Below are positions 1 to 10,394 of a DNA stretch of 64,000 nucleotides, in pieces. The stretch is from a virus. Under the pieces are notes generated by a model, which saw nothing but the letters and a program-made list of their open reading frames with translations, was not told the origin of the DNA and searched no databases. The stretch's first letter is position 1; every line of letters starts with the position of its first letter. The translations under genes were made by a program, and so were the position numbers. The DNA is taken from positions 32,001 to 96,000 of the IMG/VR virus record IMGVR_UViG_3300033146_002242. One strand, given 5' to 3'.

Positions 1-184
1 AACCAGCTTTAAAACAATTAAATATTGGTTTATCTAATGAAATATATAAATGATTGTGGTGATGATGTAATCTATTTATTTCACACCACGGACATTTACA
101 TATTATATTACTACTTGTTATTTTTACTTCACCAAGATATTCTTCAATGAAATCTATAAATTTGTCTTGGTAAATACCAATCAT
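1..184 (-). CDS. dnaG: DNA primase, N-terminal zinc-binding domain (truncated by window edge; not in ORF track)
   Basis: Manual translation MIGIYQDKFIDFIEEYLGEVKITSSNIICKCPWC...HLYISLDKPIFNCFKAG; CPWC..H..FNCF primase Zn-ribbon pattern; directly downstream of the clamp loader. Confidence 0.75.
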   Translation of the reverse strand, partial: MIGIYQDKFIDFIEEYLGEVKITSSNIICKCPWCEINRLHHHHNHLYISLDKPIFNCFKAG

Positions 185-185
185 T

Positions 186-1169
186 TTATTTTACCAATTT
201 AACATATTTTTTGACAGCTTCTATACTATCAAAAAGCATGGCCATAAAATTCATTGATGGTGATAAACAATCTTTATGTTTAATTGAATACTGATTAATT
301 TTAATTTTTATATATGGTGGTATTTTTTCTTTATTAAATAAATCTTCATATACCTTACGATAATCAATTTCATAAGCATATTTATTTAAAGTTTCAATTA
401 TTAATTGAATAATTTTAGAATTAGCTGATGAATTCTGTTGAATAATATTTTGCATAATTTCAATAAATTTAGATACTAAAATATTTTCCTGAGTAACAAT
501 TGATTGTTTATCAATATTTAATTTTCCATCAACAGAGAATTTTTGAAGTCTATCAATTATTTTACGTACATCCGGGTACATAAAAGAAACTATATAATTA
601 ACATCCTCAATATCATATTTAATATTTTCTTCTTTTAAAATATTTTCACAAAATTCAATTATAATTTCAGATGGTAATAATTGAAATTTATATTCTGTTA
701 ATCTTGATTGTAGTGCATCTGGAATATTTGCTACATAATTACAAGTTAATATAAATCTATTTGTTTCAGAATATTTTTCAATAATAGCTCTTAATGAATG
801 AAATGCGTGATCTGTTAAATAATCTGCTTCATCAATGAAAACAATTTTTAATTTATCAGGTGGCGCAACAGGAATTTTTAAGAAAGGTTCTATAACATTA
901 GATACAAAATTGATACCTCTATTTTCTTGTGCTGACCCATTCAAAGCTAATACATTAGCTTTTCTATTTTGTATAATACCATTTTTAGATGTAATAATTC
1001 TTGCAATTGATGATTTACCTGTTCCCGGTGGTCCGTGTAATAATAAAGATGGTACATCATTATTGTTGATATATTCTTTAAATTTAACACTATATTTTTC
1101 TGGTAAAACTAAATCATCTATTTTCTTCGGTCTATATTTTTCAACCCATAAAGAATTTAAAATTTCCAT
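186..1169 (-). CDS. Clamp loader AAA+ subunit (RFC small / T4 gp44-like)
   Basis: LWVEKYRP, Walker A GPPGTGKS, Walker B IVFIDEAD, LQSR sensor. Confidence 0.95.
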   Translation of the reverse strand: MEILNSLWVEKYRPKKIDDLVLPEKYSVKFKEYINNNDVPSLLLHGPPGTGKSSIARIITSKNGIIQNRKANVLALNGSAQENRGINFVSNVIEPFLKIPVAPPDKLKIVFIDEADYLTDHAFHSLRAIIEKYSETNRFILTCNYVANIPDALQSRLTEYKFQLLPSEIIIEFCENILKEENIKYDIEDVNYIVSFMYPDVRKIIDRLQKFSVDGKLNIDKQSIVTQENILVSKFIEIMQNIIQQNSSANSKIIQLIIETLNKYAYEIDYRKVYEDLFNKEKIPPYIKIKINQYSIKHKDCLSPSMNFMAMLFDSIEAVKKYVKLVK

Positions 1170-1177
1170 TACTTACC

Positions 1178-1804
1178 TCAACAAGTTGGCATATTTTCAA
1201 TTGGTATTTCTTCTAAAATTTTCCCATGCATTTCTATTTTTGCTTCCATAGTTAATTCTTTCATGCAATGATAATAATAATGAAACATAAAAGCTTTTTC
1301 AGCTTCTAAATATTGTGTTGATATACCAATTTTATCATCAGATTGTTTGACATATAAATATGATTCCTTAATAACAAAACCTATTAAATTATCAATATTT
1401 AAATTACTTAATACAATTCCAAAATTAATTAACATATTGGCACTAGTTATTTCTACAAAAGGATTAATAAGTAGAAAATATTTTTCTTTATTTTCATTTT
1501 CTTTTAAAACATCATCTGGAACTAATTCTTTTTGTGAAAATTCCTCATAAGGAATCATTGTAATATCACCAATCAAAGTTACCATGATTTCTAATTTATC
1601 GACCTTTTTAAAATCATATATATCAAATGAGATTGATTGGTATAAATGATATTTTTCAATAATTGTTTTAATAATATTTTTAAAAGTATCTGAAATATTT
1701 TCAATTTTATCTATATCTAATTTTTTATCAATTTCAGAATATAATGGTTGATATCCATTTTTAATTAAATCTAGAATTGCTGAACTATCGGCAGTATTTA
1801 TCAT
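1178..1804 (-). CDS. Hypothetical protein
   Basis: 208 aa ORF tightly packed in the minus-strand operon; no recognisable motif. Confidence 0.7.
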   Translation of the reverse strand: MINTADSSAILDLIKNGYQPLYSEIDKKLDIDKIENISDTFKNIIKTIIEKYHLYQSISFDIYDFKKVDKLEIMVTLIGDITMIPYEEFSQKELVPDDVLKENENKEKYFLLINPFVEITSANMLINFGIVLSNLNIDNLIGFVIKESYLYVKQSDDKIGISTQYLEAEKAFMFHYYYHCMKELTMEAKIEMHGKILEEIPIENMPTC

Positions 1805-1817
1805 AATACAAACTCCT

Positions 1818-2156
1818 TTAACAACTATAATCTTTTAAGTAATCAATTAAATTTTTTTCCAATAATTCACTAATATTTTTAAAAAATTTATCTTCTACAT
1901 ATTCGTTAGGAAATTTTATTGAATCATATTTTTCAGATATATGTTTATTAATCATATTTTTTATTTTCATTATTTCGATATTTTTTTTAGATGCTAAATC
2001 ATCATTTGTATGTTGTATTTTTTTTAGTTTTACATCTTGTGTTTTACCTTTATTAGCGGCAACTGGACAAATACCGTTTTCTGGTTTTGGATGTATATAT
2101 CCACACTCAGGACATAATTCACCAGATAAATTTATTAATCCATCAGTTTTATTCAT
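1818..2156 (-). CDS. Hypothetical protein with N-terminal CxxC-H-C zinc finger
   Basis: CPECGYIHPKPENGICP; AAGGAG RBS upstream on the minus strand. Confidence 0.7.
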   Translation of the reverse strand: MNKTDGLINLSGELCPECGYIHPKPENGICPVAANKGKTQDVKLKKIQHTNDDLASKKNIEIMKIKNMINKHISEKYDSIKFPNEYVEDKFFKNISELLEKNLIDYLKDYSC

Positions 2157-2192
2157 TATAATATCTCCTTTAATAACACAAATATTACTTTG

Positions 2193-2205
2193 TATTTATA
2201 TGTTC
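2193..2205 (-). promoter_or_regulatory. Candidate phage-RNAP promoter GAACA-N6-TA
   Basis: Minus strand GAACA TATAAA TA, 37 nt upstream of the 2156 start; same motif precedes several other genes. Confidence 0.55.
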
Positions 2206-2431
2206 TATTTTTGGATTTTTATATCTCTATATTTTATAAATGAAAATAAAATCTCTTATTTTTATGCATATCTACATATAAAATAATTTTATAATTATAA
2301 AAATATAAATACTCTAAAATTTTATGATTTGAGATGAAATCTCTATTAAATTTTAGAGATTTCATCGCAAAGTTAACTAAGTAATTGATATTATTCAGAT
2401 CCACATCTCATTTTATTTTCGAAAAAAAAGA

Positions 2432-2444
2432 GAACACATTAATG
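2432..2444 (+). promoter_or_regulatory. Candidate phage-RNAP promoter GAACA-N6-TG
   Basis: GAACA CATTAA TG, just upstream of the GC-rich structured element at 2471. Confidence 0.45.
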
Positions 2445-2470
2445 TATTTAAGCAAGAGGATGTTTATACT

Positions 2471-2530
2471 ACCCGGGCTCCACCGGCGCACAACGTCATC
2501 CGGTGGGTTGCTTCGCAACTACAGCTGGGT
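2471..2530. ncRNA. GC-rich three-way-junction structured element (small RNA or ssDNA signal)
   Basis: Closing stem acccgg(g)ct/agctgggt, stem ccaccgg/ccggtgg, stem gttgc/gcaac in extremely AT-rich noncoding DNA. Confidence 0.45.
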
Positions 2531-2807
2531 GATAAATTTTGATTGATTTTCATTTCTAAATTTTTATTCCAAAAATATATTTCTAGAAAAATTTTTTCGA
2601 ATGTTATTTTTATCTGATCACATATTAAATTAAATTTTTATTAAAATAATCATTTGAGATTGTCAAGATAGAAATATTAAATATAAAAACACAATTTAAA
2701 AATAAGTTTATATAAATCTTTTTTATTTTTAAATATCATTTATAAAAATTAATTTTGAACAACTTAAAATATAAATAATAAGAATAAACCTCATCTGTGT
2801 TTCCCGG

Positions 2808-2850
2808 AAAAAAAATTACACGGGTTCCCAAGACCCGTGGAATTTTTTTT
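2808..2850. terminator. Bidirectional intrinsic terminator-like hairpin
   Basis: A-run, cacgggt/acccgtg stem, T-run. Confidence 0.55.
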
Positions 2851-4016
2851 TGTATCGGTACTAACAAATTTATATAAAAAATATATTTACGGTGGATTAA
2901 ATAAAAAATTTTAAAAATAAATATTAAAAGACGATAGTCTCCAGAATAGATTTTATTCTAAAAAATATATTTCATTATATAATAAATAAAGTTATTAATT
3001 TCAAATATCAATAAATAATGTTTTTATTTTGATGTTAATTTTTAATTTTTAATTTTAATAATCTTTTTTATTTATCTTTATCTGAAATAGATGTTTTGGA
3101 ATATTGGAAATTTGATTTAAGTTATTATAATATCTGAAATAAATATTAATATTAAATATAGATATTTTAATATTGATAAGATTAGATTAACAATAATTCA
3201 AATTATTAATTTTTAGTTTAGTATATATAATTATTATTATTTCAAACTAAAAATATAATTACTAAAATATTAATCAGCTTTCAGCTTTTGTTATCATAAA
3301 TTAATTTTAAGTTGAAATTGCTATTTTGTTATAGATCATTAAATCAATAATACTATAATTTAATATTAAAATTAAAATATTGAAATAACAATTTCACTTA
3401 AAAAGCGAAATTTTACATAAAAATATATATCATATACATGATATCATGTTATAATATAAAAATATAAATACGTGTCGGATATTAGTTGATATTAATATGT
3501 ATTCAAATAGTATTCAACAAATAATAATTCAATTATATGATATACTAGTTTAAAGTTGTATGAATAATATTCAACAATATATTTAAAAGTTTATTTTTTT
3601 TATTTGATAATCTCGTGTAATCTAGTAATATTTCAATTCCACTATTCAGAATTATATGATATTCAAACATAATATTTTAATGTGATAATAACATTTTATA
3701 TAAGATCTACATTATAATTAATTTGTTGAATTTATTTATTAAGATTGTTAGTGTAAATAGAAAAAATTTTGAAATATTTTTTAAGAACATAATAAAACAG
3801 ATGAATAAATAAGATGATTAAGCTAGAAATTTTAAATTTAGCTAAAGATATTAATTTAAATATTTATTTTAAAAACTTTTCAAATTTTATTTTTTTGGCG
3901 CCGGCCCCGAGTGGAACTTAGAATTTTATTTTGGGTTTTTATCTTTGAAAATTACAACATATAATTGCTACATATTATATATAGAAAAGTTTAGCTAAGT
4001 GAGGTGACGTAGAGAA

Positions 4017-6170
4017 ATGTTAATTAAACAAGGACCAGAGTATGAAAATGCGGTAAAAATTTTAATATCTCATAAAGATGATAAATATTTTAATAATTGT
4101 AGCTTTACATTGTCAGGTACGAAAGCCAAAAAAATAAATGATGATAAGATTCATAGTTGGAGTGAATTAAAATTTAATTTTGAATTTAAAAATCATGATA
4201 TAAAATTTGGTAGTATTGGTGGTTATAAAAATATAGTATTAGATAGAAGTTCTTTTTTGAGTTGGTTATTATCTATACAAGATGCTGTTAATGACCCTAA
4301 TTGTTATGAAAATGAAGTTACAATTAAAAGAAGAATAAAAGATATAGATTTTTTTGTGAAATTTGCTATTTCGCAAAAATTTAATTGTAATGCAGTTATG
4401 ATAGGGGTATCGACTGCAAAAAGTGGTTTAATATATCTAGGCATTGATTCTAATTTATTTAATCAATATATGATGCAATTAGGTCGATTGTCTATTGATA
4501 TTTTAAATTTTGAAATGGCGTTTGACCAAAGTATTTTATTATATAAAAATAATCAGATTTTAGAATATCAAATTAATCAAAATGAACAAATTCTAAATTT
4601 ATTATCAAATGGTAATTCAATTAATACACCAGTAATTGAAGTAAATAGTGATAATATAGAAATATCAAATCCAGATAATATAATAAGTGATGAACATAAA
4701 TCAGTTGAAGAAGAAAATAATGAAAATATTATTTCAGAAAATGTTGATGAATTTTTAGAAAATTTAGAAGAAAATTTAGAAAAAACTGAATTAGAACCTT
4801 TGTTTGAACAACGTGAAAAAGAATTAACATCTCCACCTGATAGAGAATCAAAAGAAGAACCTACCTTAATTGAAAATTATATAATTGAAAACAAAATTGG
4901 TATAAAGCAATTATTTATTGATTTATATAACAAAGCTGCTAATTCAACATCTTTTACTTTCGATAGTCTATCATATTTTTTTGATTTATTAAAAACTGAA
5001 ATTTATATAGACAAATATATTATAGAAGAAGATAAAAAATCATTATTTTATTTATCTCAAATACAATATTTTAAATTATTAAGTGAATACAATACAACAA
5101 GTAATATTGATAATTTTTATCCAATTCATTTAAAATTTGATATTGCGGAAGATCAAGTAACTGATTTAGAAACAATTAAAAACATCAATGATATTTTAAG
5201 TATTTATATTTATTTATTATCTTTATCTGAAAAATTATCAAATAGAGAAACTGATATAACAAAAAATAAATTATTTTTATGTCAGATTGTTAGATTAATT
5301 TTTGAACCATATTATTTATCGTATTATTGTGCAATGGAATTGATTCCAAATAATTTTGAGACTACTATACTCAATCATTTTTATAAAATTAAAAAAACTG
5401 GATTTTTTAATGATTTTGATTCATTATTAAATGATTATGAATTGGCACCTATATCTGAAAAAGATTTAAGAAAGAATATTCTTAATATAAAAGAATTGAT
5501 TACTGAAAATAGACGACCGTTAAAAAGAATTCATCAAGACTTATTAAAAATAGGTATTATTAAATTATCTTATAAAAATGTTTTTGAATGGGAACATATA
5601 AATGATATATGTAGAATAGAAACTATTTTGAAAGATGGTTATTATACTAAAGAAGAAATTATTGAAATAGTTAGTAAAAACAATATAAAGAATAAAAATA
5701 TTGTTAAATTTTTGAAAAAAGCTTATATTAAAAAACGAAAAGAAGGAGAAGCAGTTCCGTTTTCAGATTTAACTCTAGATGAATTAGAACAAATTGTTTC
5801 TCATATATCTGGTGCAGATAACACACCATTGGTAAGATATATAAATAAATATTTAAAAGATGTATCTTATAAAAATGAATTAATAGAATTTGCTAAATTA
5901 CATAGAGACAAAGATATAAATTTATTAGAATTACCGGAATCGATTAATATACATCAGCTACCTGAAAATATATTAATAGCTTTATATAAATGGAAAAATG
6001 TTAAAAATGATAAAAATTTAAAAAGTTATTCATATTTTATCAAATTAATAGAAAATTGTATTGAATCAAAAAGTGATATTATAGCTGTTTATGTAGCTGA
6101 AAAAGAAAATATTTTAAATAACATAGAGAATAAAAATGTCGATGATTGGTCGATATTAGACGGGGATTAA
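4017..6170 (+). CDS. Large hypothetical protein
   Basis: 717 aa ORF with GAGGTG RBS; acidic central linker; no recognised family. Confidence 0.8.
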   Translation: MLIKQGPEYENAVKILISHKDDKYFNNCSFTLSGTKAKKINDDKIHSWSELKFNFEFKNHDIKFGSIGGYKNIVLDRSSFLSWLLSIQDAVNDPNCYENEVTIKRRIKDIDFFVKFAISQKFNCNAVMIGVSTAKSGLIYLGIDSNLFNQYMMQLGRLSIDILNFEMAFDQSILLYKNNQILEYQINQNEQILNLLSNGNSINTPVIEVNSDNIEISNPDNIISDEHKSVEEENNENIISENVDEFLENLEENLEKTELEPLFEQREKELTSPPDRESKEEPTLIENYIIENKIGIKQLFIDLYNKAANSTSFTFDSLSYFFDLLKTEIYIDKYIIEEDKKSLFYLSQIQYFKLLSEYNTTSNIDNFYPIHLKFDIAEDQVTDLETIKNINDILSIYIYLLSLSEKLSNRETDITKNKLFLCQIVRLIFEPYYLSYYCAMELIPNNFETTILNHFYKIKKTGFFNDFDSLLNDYELAPISEKDLRKNILNIKELITENRRPLKRIHQDLLKIGIIKLSYKNVFEWEHINDICRIETILKDGYYTKEEIIEIVSKNNIKNKNIVKFLKKAYIKKRKEGEAVPFSDLTLDELEQIVSHISGADNTPLVRYINKYLKDVSYKNELIEFAKLHRDKDINLLELPESINIHQLPENILIALYKWKNVKNDKNLKSYSYFIKLIENCIESKSDIIAVYVAEKENILNNIENKNVDDWSILDGD

Positions 6171-6172
6171 AA

Positions 6173-6754
6173 ATGAGTTTAACATTAGGAAAATCATTTA
6201 ACAGACAATATAAATTAAGATTACCATTCAGAGATTATTTTTATGATATAAGTGTTTTTTATCATACTGATATAAATTTTAATTTGTTTGATATCAATCC
6301 AATAATGAAATATAATTCAAATAAAGATTTAAAAGCCGTAAATATAAATATGTTTAAAAATATAGAATCGTCTGATTTTTGTATTAATTGTTTAGATTTG
6401 AAAACAATTAATAATAGATTGTCTAAATATGAAAATATCAAAGATGAATGGAAAAATGATATAACTTGTGTTGGTAAAGAAAGAGTAAATATTTCATCAG
6501 ATAATTATTTAAAAGTAATAACTTTTAGAATAAAAAGTTATAATAATATAAAAGATGATTTTATTTTTTTATTAGTGGAAAGAAAAAATTATTTAAAAAA
6601 ATATAAAGATGATAGAATTACAACTACTTTATCAGGTATCCAAATAGCAACTAATTCACCTATAGATTATATAAAAAGTGAAAATCAAAATCAATTTATT
6701 TCATCAACAGTAATAACAAATGATTATGATACCAATACTATCATTAAATTATAG
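6173..6754 (+). CDS. Hypothetical protein
   Basis: ORF in operon; ATG at 6173 just after the upstream stop. Confidence 0.7.
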   Translation: MSLTLGKSFNRQYKLRLPFRDYFYDISVFYHTDINFNLFDINPIMKYNSNKDLKAVNINMFKNIESSDFCINCLDLKTINNRLSKYENIKDEWKNDITCVGKERVNISSDNYLKVITFRIKSYNNIKDDFIFLLVERKNYLKKYKDDRITTTLSGIQIATNSPIDYIKSENQNQFISSTVITNDYDTNTIIKL

Positions 6755-6762
6755 GATATATA

Positions 6763-8067
6763 ATGTCTATACAATCTGAACAAAATTATTTTTTTATACA
6801 TAATGTATTTGCGCATTTTTTTGATGATTCATTAAATTATTTTGCAGATTATTTATATCCTAGATTTAAACATCAGGTGGTTGGTACATATGATAAAGCA
6901 GTTGAATATATTAATAAAAAAGCTGAATATGGTAATGAACATGATATGCCCAATTTACCTGCTATAATATTGAATCCATCGGGTGAGTTTAATATATCAG
7001 ATGCTATTACAGGGGCACACCAATTATGGCGGTTTCCAAATATTTCAAATGGTAATGAACATTTAAAATGTGTTTTATATGATCCTATTTATCAAGATGG
7101 AAATGTAACGGTCAATCCAATTTTTGTTAGATTGAAGGGTGATTTTGAATTAATAATGTTATTAAATTCTTTTTATGAATATTGTGATATGAAATTATAT
7201 ATGTTACAAATGTTTGGTGGAATGAATAGACCGATATATCCATCCACGTTTAGAACATTTTTAATAATACCAGATGAAATGTTAAATTATGAGTATATTA
7301 ATCCTGTTGATGGGAGTAGTTATTTTTTAAATTGGGAAAGTGCTGGTGCATATGAAACATTAGTTAAAACAACTAATAGAAATGAAATTGTTGTTCCTGT
7401 AAATATTACACCTCGTTATACATTAGTTGGATTATCTGATGCTAGTATGAAATATGGCGGCTCTGATAAATTAGCTGATTGGCGATTATCTGTAACTGTT
7501 GAATATGAAATAGAAATGCCGTGGTATGTTTTTATAAATACTGATTATTTAATTGAAAATGTTAATTTTAATTTTTCATTAATTTCTTATATGGGAGATA
7601 CTTCAAAGGTTTTACAAGACGCAACATCATATGATGAATTTTTAAATTATTTCAATTGGAATGATATTTATCAAACATCTGTTGATTATGATTGGGGATA
7701 TCAAGATGGTGTGCATAATCCTCCAGCTGATGTTGAACAAGTAGATGCAACAAAAACTATTGATTCATCTACATGGGAAAAAGCAGGATTTTATTTTTAT
7801 ACTTTTACAGAAGATGATATTAATAATTTAGATAATAATATACCGACTGATGGATTTATTATTCCATTTAAACCAGATGCAGATAATATTTTACATGTAA
7901 TGTCTAAATATGGACAATTGACTTTGAATTTAGATTATACAATTGAAGATTCTGGCACAGGATCAAATGATATTTTGATTAGAATTATTAAAAATACTGA
8001 GAATCAAAATATTATATGGAAGGTTGATGATATTTTAGAAATTTATACTTTTATTAAAATAGTATAG
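6763..8067 (+). CDS. Hypothetical protein, possibly virion structural
   Basis: 434 aa ORF, aromatic/acidic beta-rich composition; function not recognised. Confidence 0.7.
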   Translation: MSIQSEQNYFFIHNVFAHFFDDSLNYFADYLYPRFKHQVVGTYDKAVEYINKKAEYGNEHDMPNLPAIILNPSGEFNISDAITGAHQLWRFPNISNGNEHLKCVLYDPIYQDGNVTVNPIFVRLKGDFELIMLLNSFYEYCDMKLYMLQMFGGMNRPIYPSTFRTFLIIPDEMLNYEYINPVDGSSYFLNWESAGAYETLVKTTNRNEIVVPVNITPRYTLVGLSDASMKYGGSDKLADWRLSVTVEYEIEMPWYVFINTDYLIENVNFNFSLISYMGDTSKVLQDATSYDEFLNYFNWNDIYQTSVDYDWGYQDGVHNPPADVEQVDATKTIDSSTWEKAGFYFYTFTEDDINNLDNNIPTDGFIIPFKPDADNILHVMSKYGQLTLNLDYTIEDSGTGSNDILIRIIKNTENQNIIWKVDDILEIYTFIKIV

Positions 8068-8078
8068 GGGATGTTAAA

Positions 8079-8669
8079 ATGAAAGAAATTTTATATATAA
8101 GAGAATCAATGATTGATAATATAGATCCTGATGTTGCGAGAGTTGATGTAGCGGGAGCAATTATTTTTAAAAATTTTAAGTCAGATAAAGGAAAATTGTT
8201 GATTATACAACGAGCTAAAGATGACCATTGGCCGAATTTTTGGGAAATTCCACGGGGGAAAGTCGATGAAGGTGAAAAAATAAAACAAGGTCTGTTAAGA
8301 GAAGTCAAAGAAGAAGTTGGCTTAGATATTGAGATTTTACAATATTTTAATAAGTTTAATTATGTTGTTAAACATAATGGTATTATTGAAAGAGTTTCAA
8401 CACAATATAATTTTATCTGTCGTATGAAAAATGAGGATGATGAAGTAAAATTATCACATGAACACCAAAATTATAAATGGATTTCATATGATGCCGAAGC
8501 TGAACTTTATTTAAATGGTGAAATAAAACAAACTGTTATGATGGCATTAAATAAATTTGGTGATTTTAATATAAATACAGGATATGATTATAAACCAGAA
8601 AAAGCCGATTTGTTGGATATTACAGAATCTATTCACAGAACTTCATTTTTCAAAGGTAATAATTTTTAA
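8079..8669 (+). CDS. Nudix hydrolase
   Basis: Nudix box GKVDEGEKIKQGLLREVKEEVGL. Confidence 0.92.
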   Translation: MKEILYIRESMIDNIDPDVARVDVAGAIIFKNFKSDKGKLLIIQRAKDDHWPNFWEIPRGKVDEGEKIKQGLLREVKEEVGLDIEILQYFNKFNYVVKHNGIIERVSTQYNFICRMKNEDDEVKLSHEHQNYKWISYDAEAELYLNGEIKQTVMMALNKFGDFNINTGYDYKPEKADLLDITESIHRTSFFKGNNF

Positions 8670-9185
8670 ATGTATCTTTTAATAGAGCAGCCGGGTTTAA
8701 CTTTTGTTTATAATAATAAGGAATATACGTCTCCTATTGAATTTGAATTTGATAAACATAATTTACCAAATTTATTGATGCAATTAAGAGATGCTGATAT
8801 TGAGCAATTTACTATTTCACCTAATTCTAAAAAAAGACATAGTAGCCGTGTTGTTCAAAATATTGTTAAAAAAGAAAAACATGTAGAAAAAAATATTGAT
8901 AAAGATCAGTTATTATATCTTTTAATGAAGGTTTCTGATAAATTAAATAGCATTGAACAAAATATTCAAAATCAGAAATCTTCTGTTACATATGTTACAA
9001 ATAATGAAGTTATTCAACAATCTCAAAATAAATCTGAATCATCTGATTTATTTATACCTGAAATAGATGTACAAGGAATGGAAGTTGATTTTGCATCAAA
9101 TATAAAAAGTGAAAAAAATGAATCAAATCAAGAAGATAGTGCAGATTTTTTAAGAAAATTATTAGGAGATAAAACTAATGAGTGA
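8670..9185 (+). CDS. Hypothetical protein (paralog of 39287..39748)
   Basis: N-terminus MYLLIEQPGLTFVYNNKEYTSPI resembles MILYIRQAGCNLRYNGKNYRTPI. Confidence 0.7.
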   Translation: MYLLIEQPGLTFVYNNKEYTSPIEFEFDKHNLPNLLMQLRDADIEQFTISPNSKKRHSSRVVQNIVKKEKHVEKNIDKDQLLYLLMKVSDKLNSIEQNIQNQKSSVTYVTNNEVIQQSQNKSESSDLFIPEIDVQGMEVDFASNIKSEKNESNQEDSADFLRKLLGDKTNE

Positions 9186-10194
9186 AAATAAAAAAACATC
9201 TGTTGCAATTGGTTTAGATGTTGGAACAATGAATTTAGTTGCAACAAGATCAGATACAAAAGAATCAAAAATAATGAGAAATGTATTTCTTCCTGTCACA
9301 AAAGATGAAATTGGAATTTCCGATTTAGCAGATTTATCATATATTAAAAATGAAGATGATGATTTATTTATCATTGGTGATGATGCATTTAAATTTTCAA
9401 ATATTTTTGGGCAGGAAGTTAGACGCCCTATGAAACGTGGTGTTATATCATCTGATGAAATAGATGCTATTGATATTTTAACATTAATGATTAAATCATT
9501 GATTGGTAAATTAAAAGTTCCTGCATATTGTACTTATTCAATACCTGCTGAATCAATTGATTCAAATAAGAGTATTACATATCATGAAAAAGTATTTGGA
9601 AGAATTTTATCATCTTTAGGTATTAATGCATCACCTCTTAATGAAGCAATGGCTATTATTTTTTCTGAATGTCAAAATGAGAGATTTAGTGGAATTGGTA
9701 TTAGTTTTGGAGCGGGTATGTGTAATGTTCAAATTGCATATGCTGGTATTGAAACATTAAAATTTTCAACAGAACAATCAGGTGATTGGATAGATAAAAA
9801 TGTAGCCGATTCATTAAATATGGTAACAAATCGAGTTACTAATATAAAAGAGAAATATTTAGATCTAAGTGGTGACTTTAAGGAACATAAGAATAAGAAA
9901 ATTAGACGTGTTATCGAGGCATTGCAATATTATTATACTGCGATGATTAATAATACTGTTAAGAAAATACTTAAAGAATTTGATGATAAAGTTGATTTAG
10001 ATATTGATGAATCAATTCCAATTGTTATTGCTGGTGGTTCTTCTAAACCAAAAGGTTTTTTAGAATTGTTTAAAAGTGAGTTTGAAAAATATGATCTTCC
10101 TTTTGAAATAAGTGATATTAGATTAGCAAGTAATCAATTGACAGCTGTATCAAATGGCTTACTTATTAAAGCAATGGCAAGCATACCAAAATAA
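9178..10194 (+). CDS. Actin-like ATPase (ParM/MreB/MamK superfamily)
   Basis: Phosphate-1 IGLDVGTMN, connect NEAMA, phosphate-2 GISFGAGMCN, adenosine IVIAGGSS. Confidence 0.85.
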   Translation: MSENKKTSVAIGLDVGTMNLVATRSDTKESKIMRNVFLPVTKDEIGISDLADLSYIKNEDDDLFIIGDDAFKFSNIFGQEVRRPMKRGVISSDEIDAIDILTLMIKSLIGKLKVPAYCTYSIPAESIDSNKSITYHEKVFGRILSSLGINASPLNEAMAIIFSECQNERFSGIGISFGAGMCNVQIAYAGIETLKFSTEQSGDWIDKNVADSLNMVTNRVTNIKEKYLDLSGDFKEHKNKKIRRVIEALQYYYTAMINNTVKKILKEFDDKVDLDIDESIPIVIAGGSSKPKGFLELFKSEFEKYDLPFEISDIRLASNQLTAVSNGLLIKAMASIPK

Positions 10195-10202
10195 GGAGTA
10201 TT

Positions 10203-10364
10203 ATGATGTCAAATGAACATTTGAAAGAAAAATTATTAGAAGCTGAACAAAAAACTAAAGAAATTTTATCCAAAATAGAACAAATAGATGATAAAAAACA
10301 TATACAAGAGAATGAACAAAATGATAAAGTTGAAAAATTAATACAGTGGATGCAAGCAAAATAG
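10203..10364 (+). CDS. Small coiled-coil hypothetical protein (53 aa, not in track)
   Basis: AAGGAG RBS, MMSNEHLKEKLLEAEQK...WMQAK*. Confidence 0.55.
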   Translation: MMSNEHLKEKLLEAEQKTKEILSKIEQIDDKKHIQENEQNDKVEKLIQWMQAK

Positions 10365-10394
10365 GTTTTTATTAATTAAGGATTCGTTTATATT

